Notes: generated by a model not told the origin, from the sequence alone. A stretch of 64,000 nucleotides of DNA from a virus (IMGVR_UViG_3300014208_000043:1690-65689), one strand, 5' to 3'; positions 17,951-25,331 are shown, numbered from the stretch's first letter. Made by a program: numbers and translations.

Positions 17951-18849
17951 AATTTATTGCAATCTATAAGTACTACAACGCTTCCGAATGGATTGGCACA
18001 TCGGTCGAATCGGTGCTTCCGCTTGTCGATAACGTTTTAATATCATGCCCACAAGTGGACTGGACCGGAAACGGGACGCCTGGCAGCAAAAGCCTTATCC
18101 CTTCCAGCGACAAGGTAAAGACATACGACACCACCAAATCAGATCACAAAAAAGTATATGAAGAGTTAATCGAAAAAGCCATGGATTACGAATGGGACTA
18201 TGCTCTTATCGTTGATGCCGACGAGGTCTGGGCTCCTGAAGGTTTAGCGAAGGCTCTGAATTCAGCAAAAGGCGCGAACACATATAATTGTTTTATGCAC
18301 AGCTACATTAAATCTCCGCTCTACCGGGTGGTGCCTGAAGACGGAAATAAGCCGACCGTTCTTGTTAAGAGAGGCGTACCCTATTCACACGTCAGATGGG
18401 AAAAAGAAAAGCCGGAGTTAATTCAAACCCACCTCCACCACTTCAGCGCGGTACGGAAAAGCCTATATGATGTAATAGGAAAGTTTGACCTATCCAACCA
18501 CGTTGAAAAAATGGCCGGAATAGAATGGTCCGACTGGATAACCGAGGTATGGAATAGGCTTCCCAATGCCGAGAACGTAAATCCAAACCCATTATACAGG
18601 GCAATATGGCCCCATGTAAAAACGGTTCTCCCTGCGGAACTTCCAAGCGTATGCCTATCTAATCAATTAGTCAGGGGTTGGATGGATTTCAAAGATGAAT
18701 GCCCAATTGATTATAAAAAGATTACGCCAGAATTATTAAAACAATTCCGCTTGCCGGAAGACTTTAATGCCGCCAATCCCCTATATAGGCAGCCGTCATT
18801 TAGGTACAAATGGGCGCAATTAATCAAGCACATAACAGAAATGAAATAA
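17947..18849 (+). CDS. GT2-like glycosyltransferase with the same C-terminal tag as the GT6 fusion
   Basis: WIGTSVESV, LIVDADEVW, HLHHFSAVR; tail ELLKQFRLPEDF...QPSFRY. Confidence 0.7.
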   Translation: MKFIAIYKYYNASEWIGTSVESVLPLVDNVLISCPQVDWTGNGTPGSKSLIPSSDKVKTYDTTKSDHKKVYEELIEKAMDYEWDYALIVDADEVWAPEGLAKALNSAKGANTYNCFMHSYIKSPLYRVVPEDGNKPTVLVKRGVPYSHVRWEKEKPELIQTHLHHFSAVRKSLYDVIGKFDLSNHVEKMAGIEWSDWITEVWNRLPNAENVNPNPLYRAIWPHVKTVLPAELPSVCLSNQLVRGWMDFKDECPIDYKKITPELLKQFRLPEDFNAANPLYRQPSFRYKWAQLIKHITEMK

Positions 18850-18881
18850 TTGTTGACATTTGTTAGCAATTAAATTATTTT
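18850..18881 (+). promoter_or_regulatory. Promoter/operator, copy 2
   Basis: TTGTTGACATTTGTTAGCAA; TTGACA, 17 nt, TATTTT. Confidence 0.75.
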
Positions 18882-18887
18882 ATCTCC

Positions 18888-19685
18888 ATGCAGCAAACAC
18901 CAGCAGAAAAACAGAAAGCATTTCGTGGCCGAGCGTGGCCCGGAAAGCTTTGCATCTTCACTGTTGCCGGTGGCCCATATCAAAACTGGGCTCCGCTCTT
19001 TGTCGCCATGGCAAAGGAAGCGTATCCCGAGGCCGACGTAAAGGTTCTGGTCCCAGGAGAAATGACAATTCCGGAAACGCCCGACATAATCTCGGTCGGT
19101 TCTGTTTTGCCAATAGGGCACCCGCTTCTTTGCGCATCATTGCGCTTTCTAATTTGCCCTGAATGGATAACTGGATACGACTATGTTTTGATTACCGATG
19201 CCGACATGATGATTGTTCGGGAGGAGCCCGGAATCGTTTCTCAACACATGATGAGCATGGAGCTGAATGGAACCGAGTGCTATGATAACTGGCTTATGGC
19301 TCCAGGACGGATGCCTGGAATACATTTCGTAACAAGGGAATGGTGGGGTATAACTGATTCGGCAAGACGGAAAGAGACCGGAATGCTCGTAAATCCGGAT
19401 GTGGTTTTAAATATTCAGCCGGCGGACGATGAGAGAGTGCTCCATAGGATAGTTACAAATTCAGGACTTCCCCCTGCCCCGGCTACCGCTCACACATGGA
19501 CGAACCACGGAATACATTTGGGTGCACATAGGAAGTATAATGGCATGTCGCTACAATTAACTGCGCTTGAACAGTCGGCGGCAATTAAGATGGTTAAATA
19601 CGAAGATGAGATTTCCGTTGCTGCGTCAGAATTTCCATGGATCAGAAGATTTGTAAAAGATATAAAGACTGAATTTCATGTATAG
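18888..19685 (+). CDS. Putative nucleotide-diphospho-sugar transferase
   Basis: SLRFL, DYVLITDAD (DxD), GIHFV, DERVL. Confidence 0.55.
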   Translation: MQQTPAEKQKAFRGRAWPGKLCIFTVAGGPYQNWAPLFVAMAKEAYPEADVKVLVPGEMTIPETPDIISVGSVLPIGHPLLCASLRFLICPEWITGYDYVLITDADMMIVREEPGIVSQHMMSMELNGTECYDNWLMAPGRMPGIHFVTREWWGITDSARRKETGMLVNPDVVLNIQPADDERVLHRIVTNSGLPPAPATAHTWTNHGIHLGAHRKYNGMSLQLTALEQSAAIKMVKYEDEISVAASEFPWIRRFVKDIKTEFHV

Positions 19686-19724
19686 GGGCAAAGGACGAAA
19701 GGTTTTCATCCTTTGCAAGTTGCA
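19683..19724 (+). other. Leader site of cassette array 1 (attI-like or half attC)
   Basis: Short hairpin then CCTTTGCAAGTTGCAT; no AAC left core; similar to 57566-57618. Confidence 0.5.
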
Positions 19725-19787
19725 TAAAATCTGTGGTGCAAGGCAGGCCGCACGTCGTGTGCGGCAATACAAAGAAAGGAAAATGTT

Positions 19788-20795
19788 ATGAGTAGCTGGC
19801 ATTCTTATCCAAGTGTCTATGCAATGGGTCACGCCGCGATTTCCGAGTTACTTCTTGACCCCGTTCTTGTCGAAGAAAAAATTGATGGCTCACAGTTTTC
19901 TTTCGGGCGCTTCAATGGTGAATTGAAGGTTCGTTCAAAGGGAAAAGAAATGGATACGGAAGCTCCCGAAAAACTGTTCAAGCGGGCTGTCGAAGCGGTC
20001 AAGGCGCTGGACCTCAAAGACGGTCTGACGTATCGCGGAGAATGTCTGGACAAGCCACACCACAACGCCCTGGTTTACGACCGGACGCCAAAATACAACG
20101 TCATCCTTTTTGACATCAACTCCGAACACGAACAGTATTTAAGCCGGGAAGAGAAAGAAGCGGAAGCCGCCCGCGTCGGCCTTGAAATTGTCCCTATCAT
20201 GTTCCAGGGAAAGATTGAAGATTCAAAAATGGTGCTCGACTTTTTGGAGCGTCAATCCGTTCTTGGTGGTCAGAAAATAGAGGGCGTTGTCATCAAGAAC
20301 TATTCCAGGTTTGGCCGCGATAAAAAGGCGCTCATGGGAAAATATGTTTCAGAGCAGTTCAAAGAGGTTCACAAGAAAACGTGGGGCGAAAGCAATCCGG
20401 CCCAAGGCGATATTCTTATTCGGCTGATAACCATGATGAAAACGGAAGCCCGATGGAACAAGGCGGTTCTCCATATCAACGAACGGGGTGAACTTGAAAA
20501 CTCTCCGCGTGATATTGGAAAATTGATTCTTGAAGTTAAGCAAGACATTCAAAAGGAATGTCAGGATGAAATCAAGGCAGTGCTCTATAAATGGGCAATC
20601 GACCACATAACGCGGGGATGTACGGGCGGACTTCCTGAGTGGTATAAAAAGAAACTGCTTGAAACGCAATTCGGAGCGCCGTCCATGGCGCAAGGCAGCA
20701 CCACAGACTTCATGCAACAAGCGCCAGCACGAAATGGCGGGCAAGAATTGGATTTGAAGAGGCCCGCCACATCGTGCGATCCGGAAGCGCAATAA
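19788..20795 (+). CDS. ATP-dependent RNA ligase-like nucleotidyltransferase (cassette 1)
   Basis: Motif I VEEKIDG, YRGE, ILFD, EGVVIK, GKYV; last ~27 codons encoded by the attC-like site. Confidence 0.8.
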   Translation: MSSWHSYPSVYAMGHAAISELLLDPVLVEEKIDGSQFSFGRFNGELKVRSKGKEMDTEAPEKLFKRAVEAVKALDLKDGLTYRGECLDKPHHNALVYDRTPKYNVILFDINSEHEQYLSREEKEAEAARVGLEIVPIMFQGKIEDSKMVLDFLERQSVLGGQKIEGVVIKNYSRFGRDKKALMGKYVSEQFKEVHKKTWGESNPAQGDILIRLITMMKTEARWNKAVLHINERGELENSPRDIGKLILEVKQDIQKECQDEIKAVLYKWAIDHITRGCTGGLPEWYKKKLLETQFGAPSMAQGSTTDFMQQAPARNGGQELDLKRPATSCDPEAQ

Positions 20796-20836
20796 AATAT
20801 TATGGATTGCGCTCCCGGTGGCGCAACCCGTTGTGT
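20712..20836 (+). repeat. attC-like site 1
   Basis: ATGCAAC, branched stem, GTTGTGT; near copy of 57871-57989. Confidence 0.8.
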
Positions 20837-20860
20837 GTAATTTCGCGACAGGAGTATAAA

Positions 20861-21091
20861 ATGAAGATTATTCTTGCTGGAAACAAAAGGCAGTACGATG
20901 AGTATTGCCGGGGCAACCAACTTCATCCCAGCAATAAGCATTGTATGTATGCAAGAAACCGCGAATGTATTATGGGTCTTGATATTTCAGATTATGCTAT
21001 TGTTGGGACTTTTTGGGATCGCCCCGACTCATTTGAAATTATGGCGGTGGTGCTGGAAAGGCTGTCGCGAAACAACACACAACTCCCGTAA
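20861..21091 (+). CDS. Hypothetical protein (cassette 2)
   Basis: SD GGAG; MKIILAGN...; ends within the attC left core. Confidence 0.7.
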   Translation: MKIILAGNKRQYDEYCRGNQLHPSNKHCMYARNRECIMGLDISDYAIVGTFWDRPDSFEIMAVVLERLSRNNTQLP

Positions 21092-21153
21092 GGTAAAATA
21101 AAAGAAAGATTTGATTTATGGAATCTTTTACTTCACCTTACTAAACGTTGTAT
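21077..21153 (+). repeat. attC-like site 2
   Basis: ACACAAC tccc GTAAGGT...ACCTTAC taaac GTTGTAT. Confidence 0.8.
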
Positions 21154-21210
21154 AAAATGCCATTTGCGCAAATCAAATTAAACGCGGCGTAAAGCCGCTG
21201 AAAGGAAAAG

Positions 21211-21396
21211 ATGGAAGCGTTGAGAAAACTTATTATTGTGACTTTTGGCCTGGCTATTGCAATTTGTTTGAGTATTGTGAATATGATTTATGGATGGGGT
21301 GTTTCTCCGAAATCATGGGGCGTTATAATCGGTGTGGGGTTTTTCGGGCAGGTATTCGCACAAATAATAATGATGATTGGTTCACATAAAGATTAA
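21211..21396 (+). CDS. Two-TM membrane protein (cassette 3)
   Basis: Two hydrophobic helices; SD AAGGA. Confidence 0.75.
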   Translation: MEALRKLIIVTFGLAIAICLSIVNMIYGWGVSPKSWGVIIGVGFFGQVFAQIIMMIGSHKD

Positions 21397-21417
21397 AGGC
21401 AGCGCAAATGGCACTTC

Positions 21418-21524
21418 ATACAACATTTGCCAAGGTGGTTCAGCGCGTTCCCGCGCTTCAACCCAAATGCCGGAACGATTGTATTAGCAGAGTCCGGCAC
21501 TTCACCTTGGCAAGGACGTTGTGT
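21418..21524 (+). repeat. attC-like site 3
   Basis: ATACAAC...TGCCAAGGTG...CACCTTGGCA...GTTGTGT; same family as 23606, 24711 and 58429. Confidence 0.85.
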
Positions 21525-21551
21525 GTAATTTAGCGCGAAAGGCAAAATAGC

Positions 21552-21992
21552 ATGAAGACCGCCGCCGAAGACAATAAAATCAAAGCGTATACCGTGGAAG
21601 ACCCCGACGAAGGTATGGGCGTTATTGTTTTCCATTACTGCGCAAGCAGAGCGAAGGCTCTTGCGTTTTATTATGATGACCATCTTATGGATTTTGCGTT
21701 TGTCGATTTAAAGGTACGGAGAAATAAAGAGGCGGATAAATTTGCAACCAAGGAGCCAAGTGTTTTTGATTTTCAATTACACTCCAAAGAATATCGCGAA
21801 CTTGGTTGGCATTGCCAAGATAGTTCTGTTTGTGATTGGTGTGGGCTTGGAGAATATGATGACATTCCAGAATCAATTGTTTCTGAATATGAAGACGATA
21901 TGGTTTGTAAGGAGTGTCAAGATTTTGAAAAAAGCAAAGGCACGGCGGCGGAAGAAAAAGGCATCGCGCTAAAAAACACACAACTCCCGTAG
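21552..21992 (+). CDS. Hypothetical Cys-containing protein (cassette 4)
   Basis: 146 aa; CDWC...CKEC; C-terminus NTQLP read from the attC core. Confidence 0.7.
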   Translation: MKTAAEDNKIKAYTVEDPDEGMGVIVFHYCASRAKALAFYYDDHLMDFAFVDLKVRRNKEADKFATKEPSVFDFQLHSKEYRELGWHCQDSSVCDWCGLGEYDDIPESIVSEYEDDMVCKECQDFEKSKGTAAEEKGIALKNTQLP

Positions 21993-22051
21993 CGCGAAAG
22001 CCGAAAAATAATGTATAGTGATTTCGGCCATCGCGCTACTATACGTTGTGC
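21978..22051 (+). repeat. attC-like site 4
   Basis: ACACAAC tccc GTAGCGCGA...TCGCGCTAC tatac GTTGTGC; near-identical to 22676-22750. Confidence 0.85.
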
Positions 22052-22101
22052 GAAATCCGGTTGCAATAGCCAAGACGGGCGCAAGACAAAAAGGAGGAAA
22101 G

Positions 22102-22383
22102 ATGAGGAAGTGTGAGCATTTTCATCGAGGGGCATTAGCTTGCAAATTAAGTGGGATGCCGTGCCTTGGTGACGTCCCCAAAAGATGTTTCAGGGTCAAC
22201 ATCGTCGCCACCCCAAAGAAGAGCGCCCGAAAAAAGAGCAACCGGACTTCGCACAACAGCGCCACTAAGGCTCGCAAAGCCTCGTCCCAAACCTTGCGCG
22301 GTTGCCGGAATTGCGGAAGGGCCGTATGTCCAATCGGTGAGTGTATCAACTATTCTAAATGGCAACCGCGCAAGGCTTCTTAG
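22102..22383 (+). CDS. Basic Cys-rich protein (cassette 5), about half encoded inside its attC-like site
   Basis: SD AGGAGG; MRKCEHFHRG...; runs through 22251-22383. Confidence 0.6.
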   Translation: MRKCEHFHRGALACKLSGMPCLGDVPKRCFRVNIVATPKKSARKKSNRTSHNSATKARKASSQTLRGCRNCGRAVCPIGECINYSKWQPRKAS

Positions 22384-22401
22384 TGGCGCGGAACGTTGTG
22401 C
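22251..22401 (+). repeat. attC-like site 5
   Basis: GCACAAC a GCGCCACTAAG...CTTAGTGGCGC ggaac GTTGTGC. Confidence 0.8.
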
Positions 22402-22448
22402 AAAATTTGCCGAAAGACCTTTAAAGGCATCGCGCCAAGAAAGAGAAC

Positions 22449-22709
22449 ATGAGAAGATTTAGACAATTTGATTGGGTTAAACATGGACCACATATTTTAT
22501 CGTTCGGCCCAAGTTACAATAGCCTTGATGAACTTGAAGTGCATTTTTACGAGGGCCACGATCCGGTTATCTTTGGTCCGTATGGTGGAGATAGGAATCA
22601 TTGTAGGGATATAGATTATTTACGTAAAAGAAGATGGGAGCTAAAATCAGGCGCGAAATCATCGGCAAATTCAGCACATAACTCCCGTAGCGCGAAAGCC
22701 GAAAAATAA
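22449..22709 (+). CDS. Hypothetical protein (cassette 6)
   Basis: 86 aa; tail runs into the attC. Confidence 0.65.
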   Translation: MRRFRQFDWVKHGPHILSFGPSYNSLDELEVHFYEGHDPVIFGPYGGDRNHCRDIDYLRKRRWELKSGAKSSANSAHNSRSAKAEK

Positions 22710-22750
22710 TGTATAGTGATTTCGGCCATCGCGCTACTAGAACGTTGTAC
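22676..22750 (+). repeat. attC-like site 6
   Basis: Copy of site 4; left core carries a 2-nt insertion (GCACATAAC); right core GTTGTAC. Confidence 0.8.
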
Positions 22751-22796
22751 GCAAAACCGGCGAAATAGCCAAGAGCGCCGATAAGAAAGGAAAGAT

Positions 22797-23045
22797 ATGA
22801 AGCTAAGAATAATGGTTTTGGTAATGGGCTTATGCACCATTATAGTAGCAAACATGACATGTCGAAAATTAATAGGAGAAAGTTTTTCATCGTTATCTTG
22901 GGTTTCGGGATGGGTTTGTGCTATGCTGTGGTTTGCTATACTGGATGCAATAAAAGAAGAGAAAGAATCGGCGCAATCGAAATCATCGCCGGTTCAGCGT
23001 ACAACTGACGTAGCGCGAAATGGCAAAGCCCGCTGTGAAATGTAA
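22797..23045 (+). CDS. Two-TM membrane protein (cassette 7)
   Basis: Two hydrophobic segments; tail runs into the attC. Confidence 0.7.
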   Translation: MKLRIMVLVMGLCTIIVANMTCRKLIGESFSSLSWVSGWVCAMLWFAILDAIKEEKESAQSKSSPVQRTTDVARNGKARCEM

Positions 23046-23075
23046 GAGGCCACTTCGCGCTACTAAGCGTTGTAT
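22999..23075 (+). repeat. attC-like site 7
   Basis: GTACAAC tgac GTAGCGCGAA...TTCGCGCTAC taagc GTTGTAT. Confidence 0.85.
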
Positions 23076-23136
23076 AAAATGCCATTTGCGCAAATCAAAT
23101 TAAACGCGGCGTAAAGCCGCTGAAAGGCAGGAGAAA

Positions 23137-23583
23137 ATGAGTTCCTTTTCAATCTATTGGCTTATCAAGCTTGATGCTATATCTGATGTTTTGTTTAGTC
23201 TTGGGGTGCTTGGAATTATTGCATTTGTTTTATTGGGTATCGTATGGATGCAGGGGCACGACACAACGGATGATAGGGGCAGGATCATAGGAGATGAAGT
23301 GAAAAAAAGAAGAGAGTCCAGAATGCAAGTAGGCCTAAAAGGTATCCTTATAACCGCACCCGTTTCGGTTTTTCTTTTTATGCTATCCGCGATGGTTCCA
23401 TCCACAAAAGAAATGTGTGCGATAATCGTTGTTCCAAAAATTATTAATGCAGCTTCTGAAAATGAAGCTCTTAAGAATATGCCAAATGTGATTTTGGAAA
23501 CGGCAAACGCCTGGATTCGAGACTTGACCCCTAGCAATGTATCCGGCGGAGTAAAAGACATAATTAAAGAACTTAAGAAATAA
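23137..23583 (+). CDS. Membrane protein (cassette 8)
   Basis: SD AGGAG; IYWLIKLD, TM helices, PSTKEMCAI. Confidence 0.75.
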   Translation: MSSFSIYWLIKLDAISDVLFSLGVLGIIAFVLLGIVWMQGHDTTDDRGRIIGDEVKKRRESRMQVGLKGILITAPVSVFLFMLSAMVPSTKEMCAIIVVPKIINAASENEALKNMPNVILETANAWIRDLTPSNVSGGVKDIIKELKK

Positions 23584-23605
23584 AAGGCAGCGCAAATGGC
23601 ACTTC

Positions 23606-23708
23606 ATACAACATTCGCCAAGGTGGTTCCGGGCAAGCCCGTTCACCCAAATGCCGGAACGATTTTATTAGAAGATTCCGGCACTTCACCTTGGCAAGGC
23701 CGTTGTGT
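23606..23708 (+). repeat. attC-like site 8
   Basis: ATACAAC...GCCAAGGTG...CACCTTGGC...GTTGTGT. Confidence 0.85.
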
Positions 23709-23773
23709 GTAATTTTAAGACGCGCAAGACAATTAAATCAGCGCCCAAGGGCGCAAAACAAGGAGGAGGATGA

Positions 23774-24169
23774 ATGTCAGAGTTCAGAAACGAATTTGAG
23801 GGCTATTTAGGGAAGGGCGCTTTCAAGTTCCTGAAAGTCGCGTCTATCCTGGCAGCGATTTACATTTTATCGGCGCTTGTGTTTGGCTTATTCCCGTTCT
23901 CCGTGGCGTCCGGTGTTGTGAACAAGGTTGTTAATTCGACCGCAATCATTAATAATTATCAGTGGTTTTACGACCAATACAACACCATCCAGGCACAGCA
24001 AGCAAACTATGAATCTGTTCCGGTCGATGCTTACGAGCGAAACGGGATGCGGATGGTGCTCAATAACTCTATCGCTGAATACAATTCCCGGTCAAAACAA
24101 ATAACGCGGAATCTTTGGAAAGCAGATAACCTGCCCTATCAAATCAATTTAATTGGAGGTGGAAAGTGA
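23774..24169 (+). CDS. Membrane-anchored protein (cassette 9, gene 1)
   Basis: TM then NYQWFYDQYNTI...IAEYNSRS; SD GGAGG. Confidence 0.75.
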   Translation: MSEFRNEFEGYLGKGAFKFLKVASILAAIYILSALVFGLFPFSVASGVVNKVVNSTAIINNYQWFYDQYNTIQAQQANYESVPVDAYERNGMRMVLNNSIAEYNSRSKQITRNLWKADNLPYQINLIGGGK

Positions 24170-24690
24170 AAAAGAAAATTTCTGTCCTGCTCGTTTCTCT
24201 CGTGGCTGTTTTTTTGTGCATGGGGGTCGATGATTGCGACGGCAAAACCGGGCGCAACATGGCGGTTAAGAAACAGGAGGAAATGATAAAGGCCGCCGAA
24301 TCAACAATCCCAGTTCCAACCGTATCCTATTTTCAGGAAAAGCGGACAATCACGAAATGGGCAGAGCGATGGGATAAGCCGAGCGTTCCGTCTTATGTTT
24401 ATCTTATTTCATTCGGCAAAGTTCTCGGATATTATGTTGCAGACGGCAAGCCCGCCTCTACACGGTCTTATATTATGCCGGAAGATCAGATTATCGGCTA
24501 TGGCGAAAACCGTGTGGTAACCTCTGCCCCCGACATTGATGGGACTTACGGAGATAATAATCCTGGCATTCGCTTCTTTACCGCTGAAGGTGTTGCTGTT
24601 GAATGGGCCGGGGATGGCGCAAGCTATCTTTATTCAGACGCCTTGATTGATTTCGGATATGAAGTCCCAAGACTTAAAATAAGGAAATAA
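24166..24690 (+). CDS. Secreted or lipoprotein-like protein (cassette 9, gene 2)
   Basis: Signal peptide MKKKISVLLVSLVAVFLC; PDIDGTYGDN..GIRFFT..G..VEW...YLYSD; overlaps gene 1 (GTGA). Confidence 0.75.
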   Translation: MKKKISVLLVSLVAVFLCMGVDDCDGKTGRNMAVKKQEEMIKAAESTIPVPTVSYFQEKRTITKWAERWDKPSVPSYVYLISFGKVLGYYVADGKPASTRSYIMPEDQIIGYGENRVVTSAPDIDGTYGDNNPGIRFFTAEGVAVEWAGDGASYLYSDALIDFGYEVPRLKIRK

Positions 24691-24710
24691 AGAGCGCGTC
24701 TTAAAACAAC

Positions 24711-24817
24711 ACACAACATTTGCCAAGGTGGTTCAGCGCGTTCCCGCGCTTCAACCCAAATGCCGGAACGATTTGATTAGCAGATTCCGGCACTTCACCT
24801 TGGCAAGGACGTTGTGT
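24711..24817 (+). repeat. attC-like site 9 (last of array 1)
   Basis: Near-identical to site 3; ACACAAC...GTTGTGT. Confidence 0.85.
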
Positions 24818-24851
24818 GTAATTTTGTCCGCAAGTGATGAAAAGAGCTAAT

Positions 24852-24898
24852 TCCCCTGGCTAAAGCCACGCGGACAGGTGATGCCGGGGGGATTTTTT
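24852..24898 (+). terminator. Possible intrinsic terminator after array 1
   Basis: TCCCCTGGC...GCCGGGGGA stem with a large loop, then TTTTTT. Confidence 0.4.
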
Positions 24899-24911
24899 AA
24901 AAGGAGTATTT

Positions 24912-25076
24912 ATGGGAAAGAAGATGAATCTTGCATTAAGCAGGCCGATGGAATCGAAAATCAAAAGCGGTAAGCAGAACGTGGAATACGCGAAAACCCA
25001 CGTCAGGATCTTCGGAGAGAAGCCGCTGAACAATTCCGAAGAAGCAAACAAGAAAAAGCGCAACAAAGTGCAATAA
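24912..25076 (+). CDS. Small basic protein, 54 aa
   Basis: SD AAGGAG; own translation MGKKMNLALSRP... Confidence 0.55.
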   Translation: MGKKMNLALSRPMESKIKSGKQNVEYAKTHVRIFGEKPLNNSEEANKKKRNKVQ

Positions 25077-25095
25077 AAAGAAAAGTATTGCAAAA

Positions 25096-25323
25096 ATGAA
25101 AGAAATAATATATGTTTCTGGTATGGTGAATCAACCTGAATGCCCGGAATACCAGTTGGTTAAGAGACCGTCTGGTCACTTCCGGGCGACTTATTTTATG
25201 CTGAAAACATCTTGTCCTGAATGCGGAAGGCCGCAGCACTTAATCATGGGTAAGGCCATTTGCCTAGAGCATGGGTGCCCTGCATATAAGATTCTTTTTG
25301 AATTGGATTGGAAAAGCACATAG
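25096..25323 (+). CDS. Hypothetical Zn-finger protein
   Basis: CPECG...ICLEHGC. Confidence 0.55.
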   Translation: MKEIIYVSGMVNQPECPEYQLVKRPSGHFRATYFMLKTSCPECGRPQHLIMGKAICLEHGCPAYKILFELDWKST

Positions 25324-25331
25324 GGGGAAAC

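Larger units (their letters stand above)
19718..24817 (+). mobile_element. Integron-like gene-cassette array 1 (9 cassettes, no integrase)
   Basis: Nine attC-like hairpins each following 1-2 promoterless ORFs; each cassette's 5' GTT core is complementary to its own 3' AAC core. Confidence 0.85.

Noticed and set aside
7677-19685. O-antigen seroconversion (GtrABC) or DNA hypermodification cluster
   Set aside because: No flippase or multi-TM transferase, and no recognisable hydroxymethylase, kinase or phage DNA polymerase. Kept only as alternatives to be tested.
20712-24817. CRISPR array interpretation of the interspersed repeats
   Set aside because: The repeats fall into several families of 54-151 nt, the intervening segments are 200-1100 nt ORFs with RBSs, and no cas genes are present.
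24811-24880. A tenth cassette after site 9
   Set aside because: No matching ACACAAC core or further hairpin downstream; only a short GTCCGC/GCGGAC pair and a terminator-like stem.
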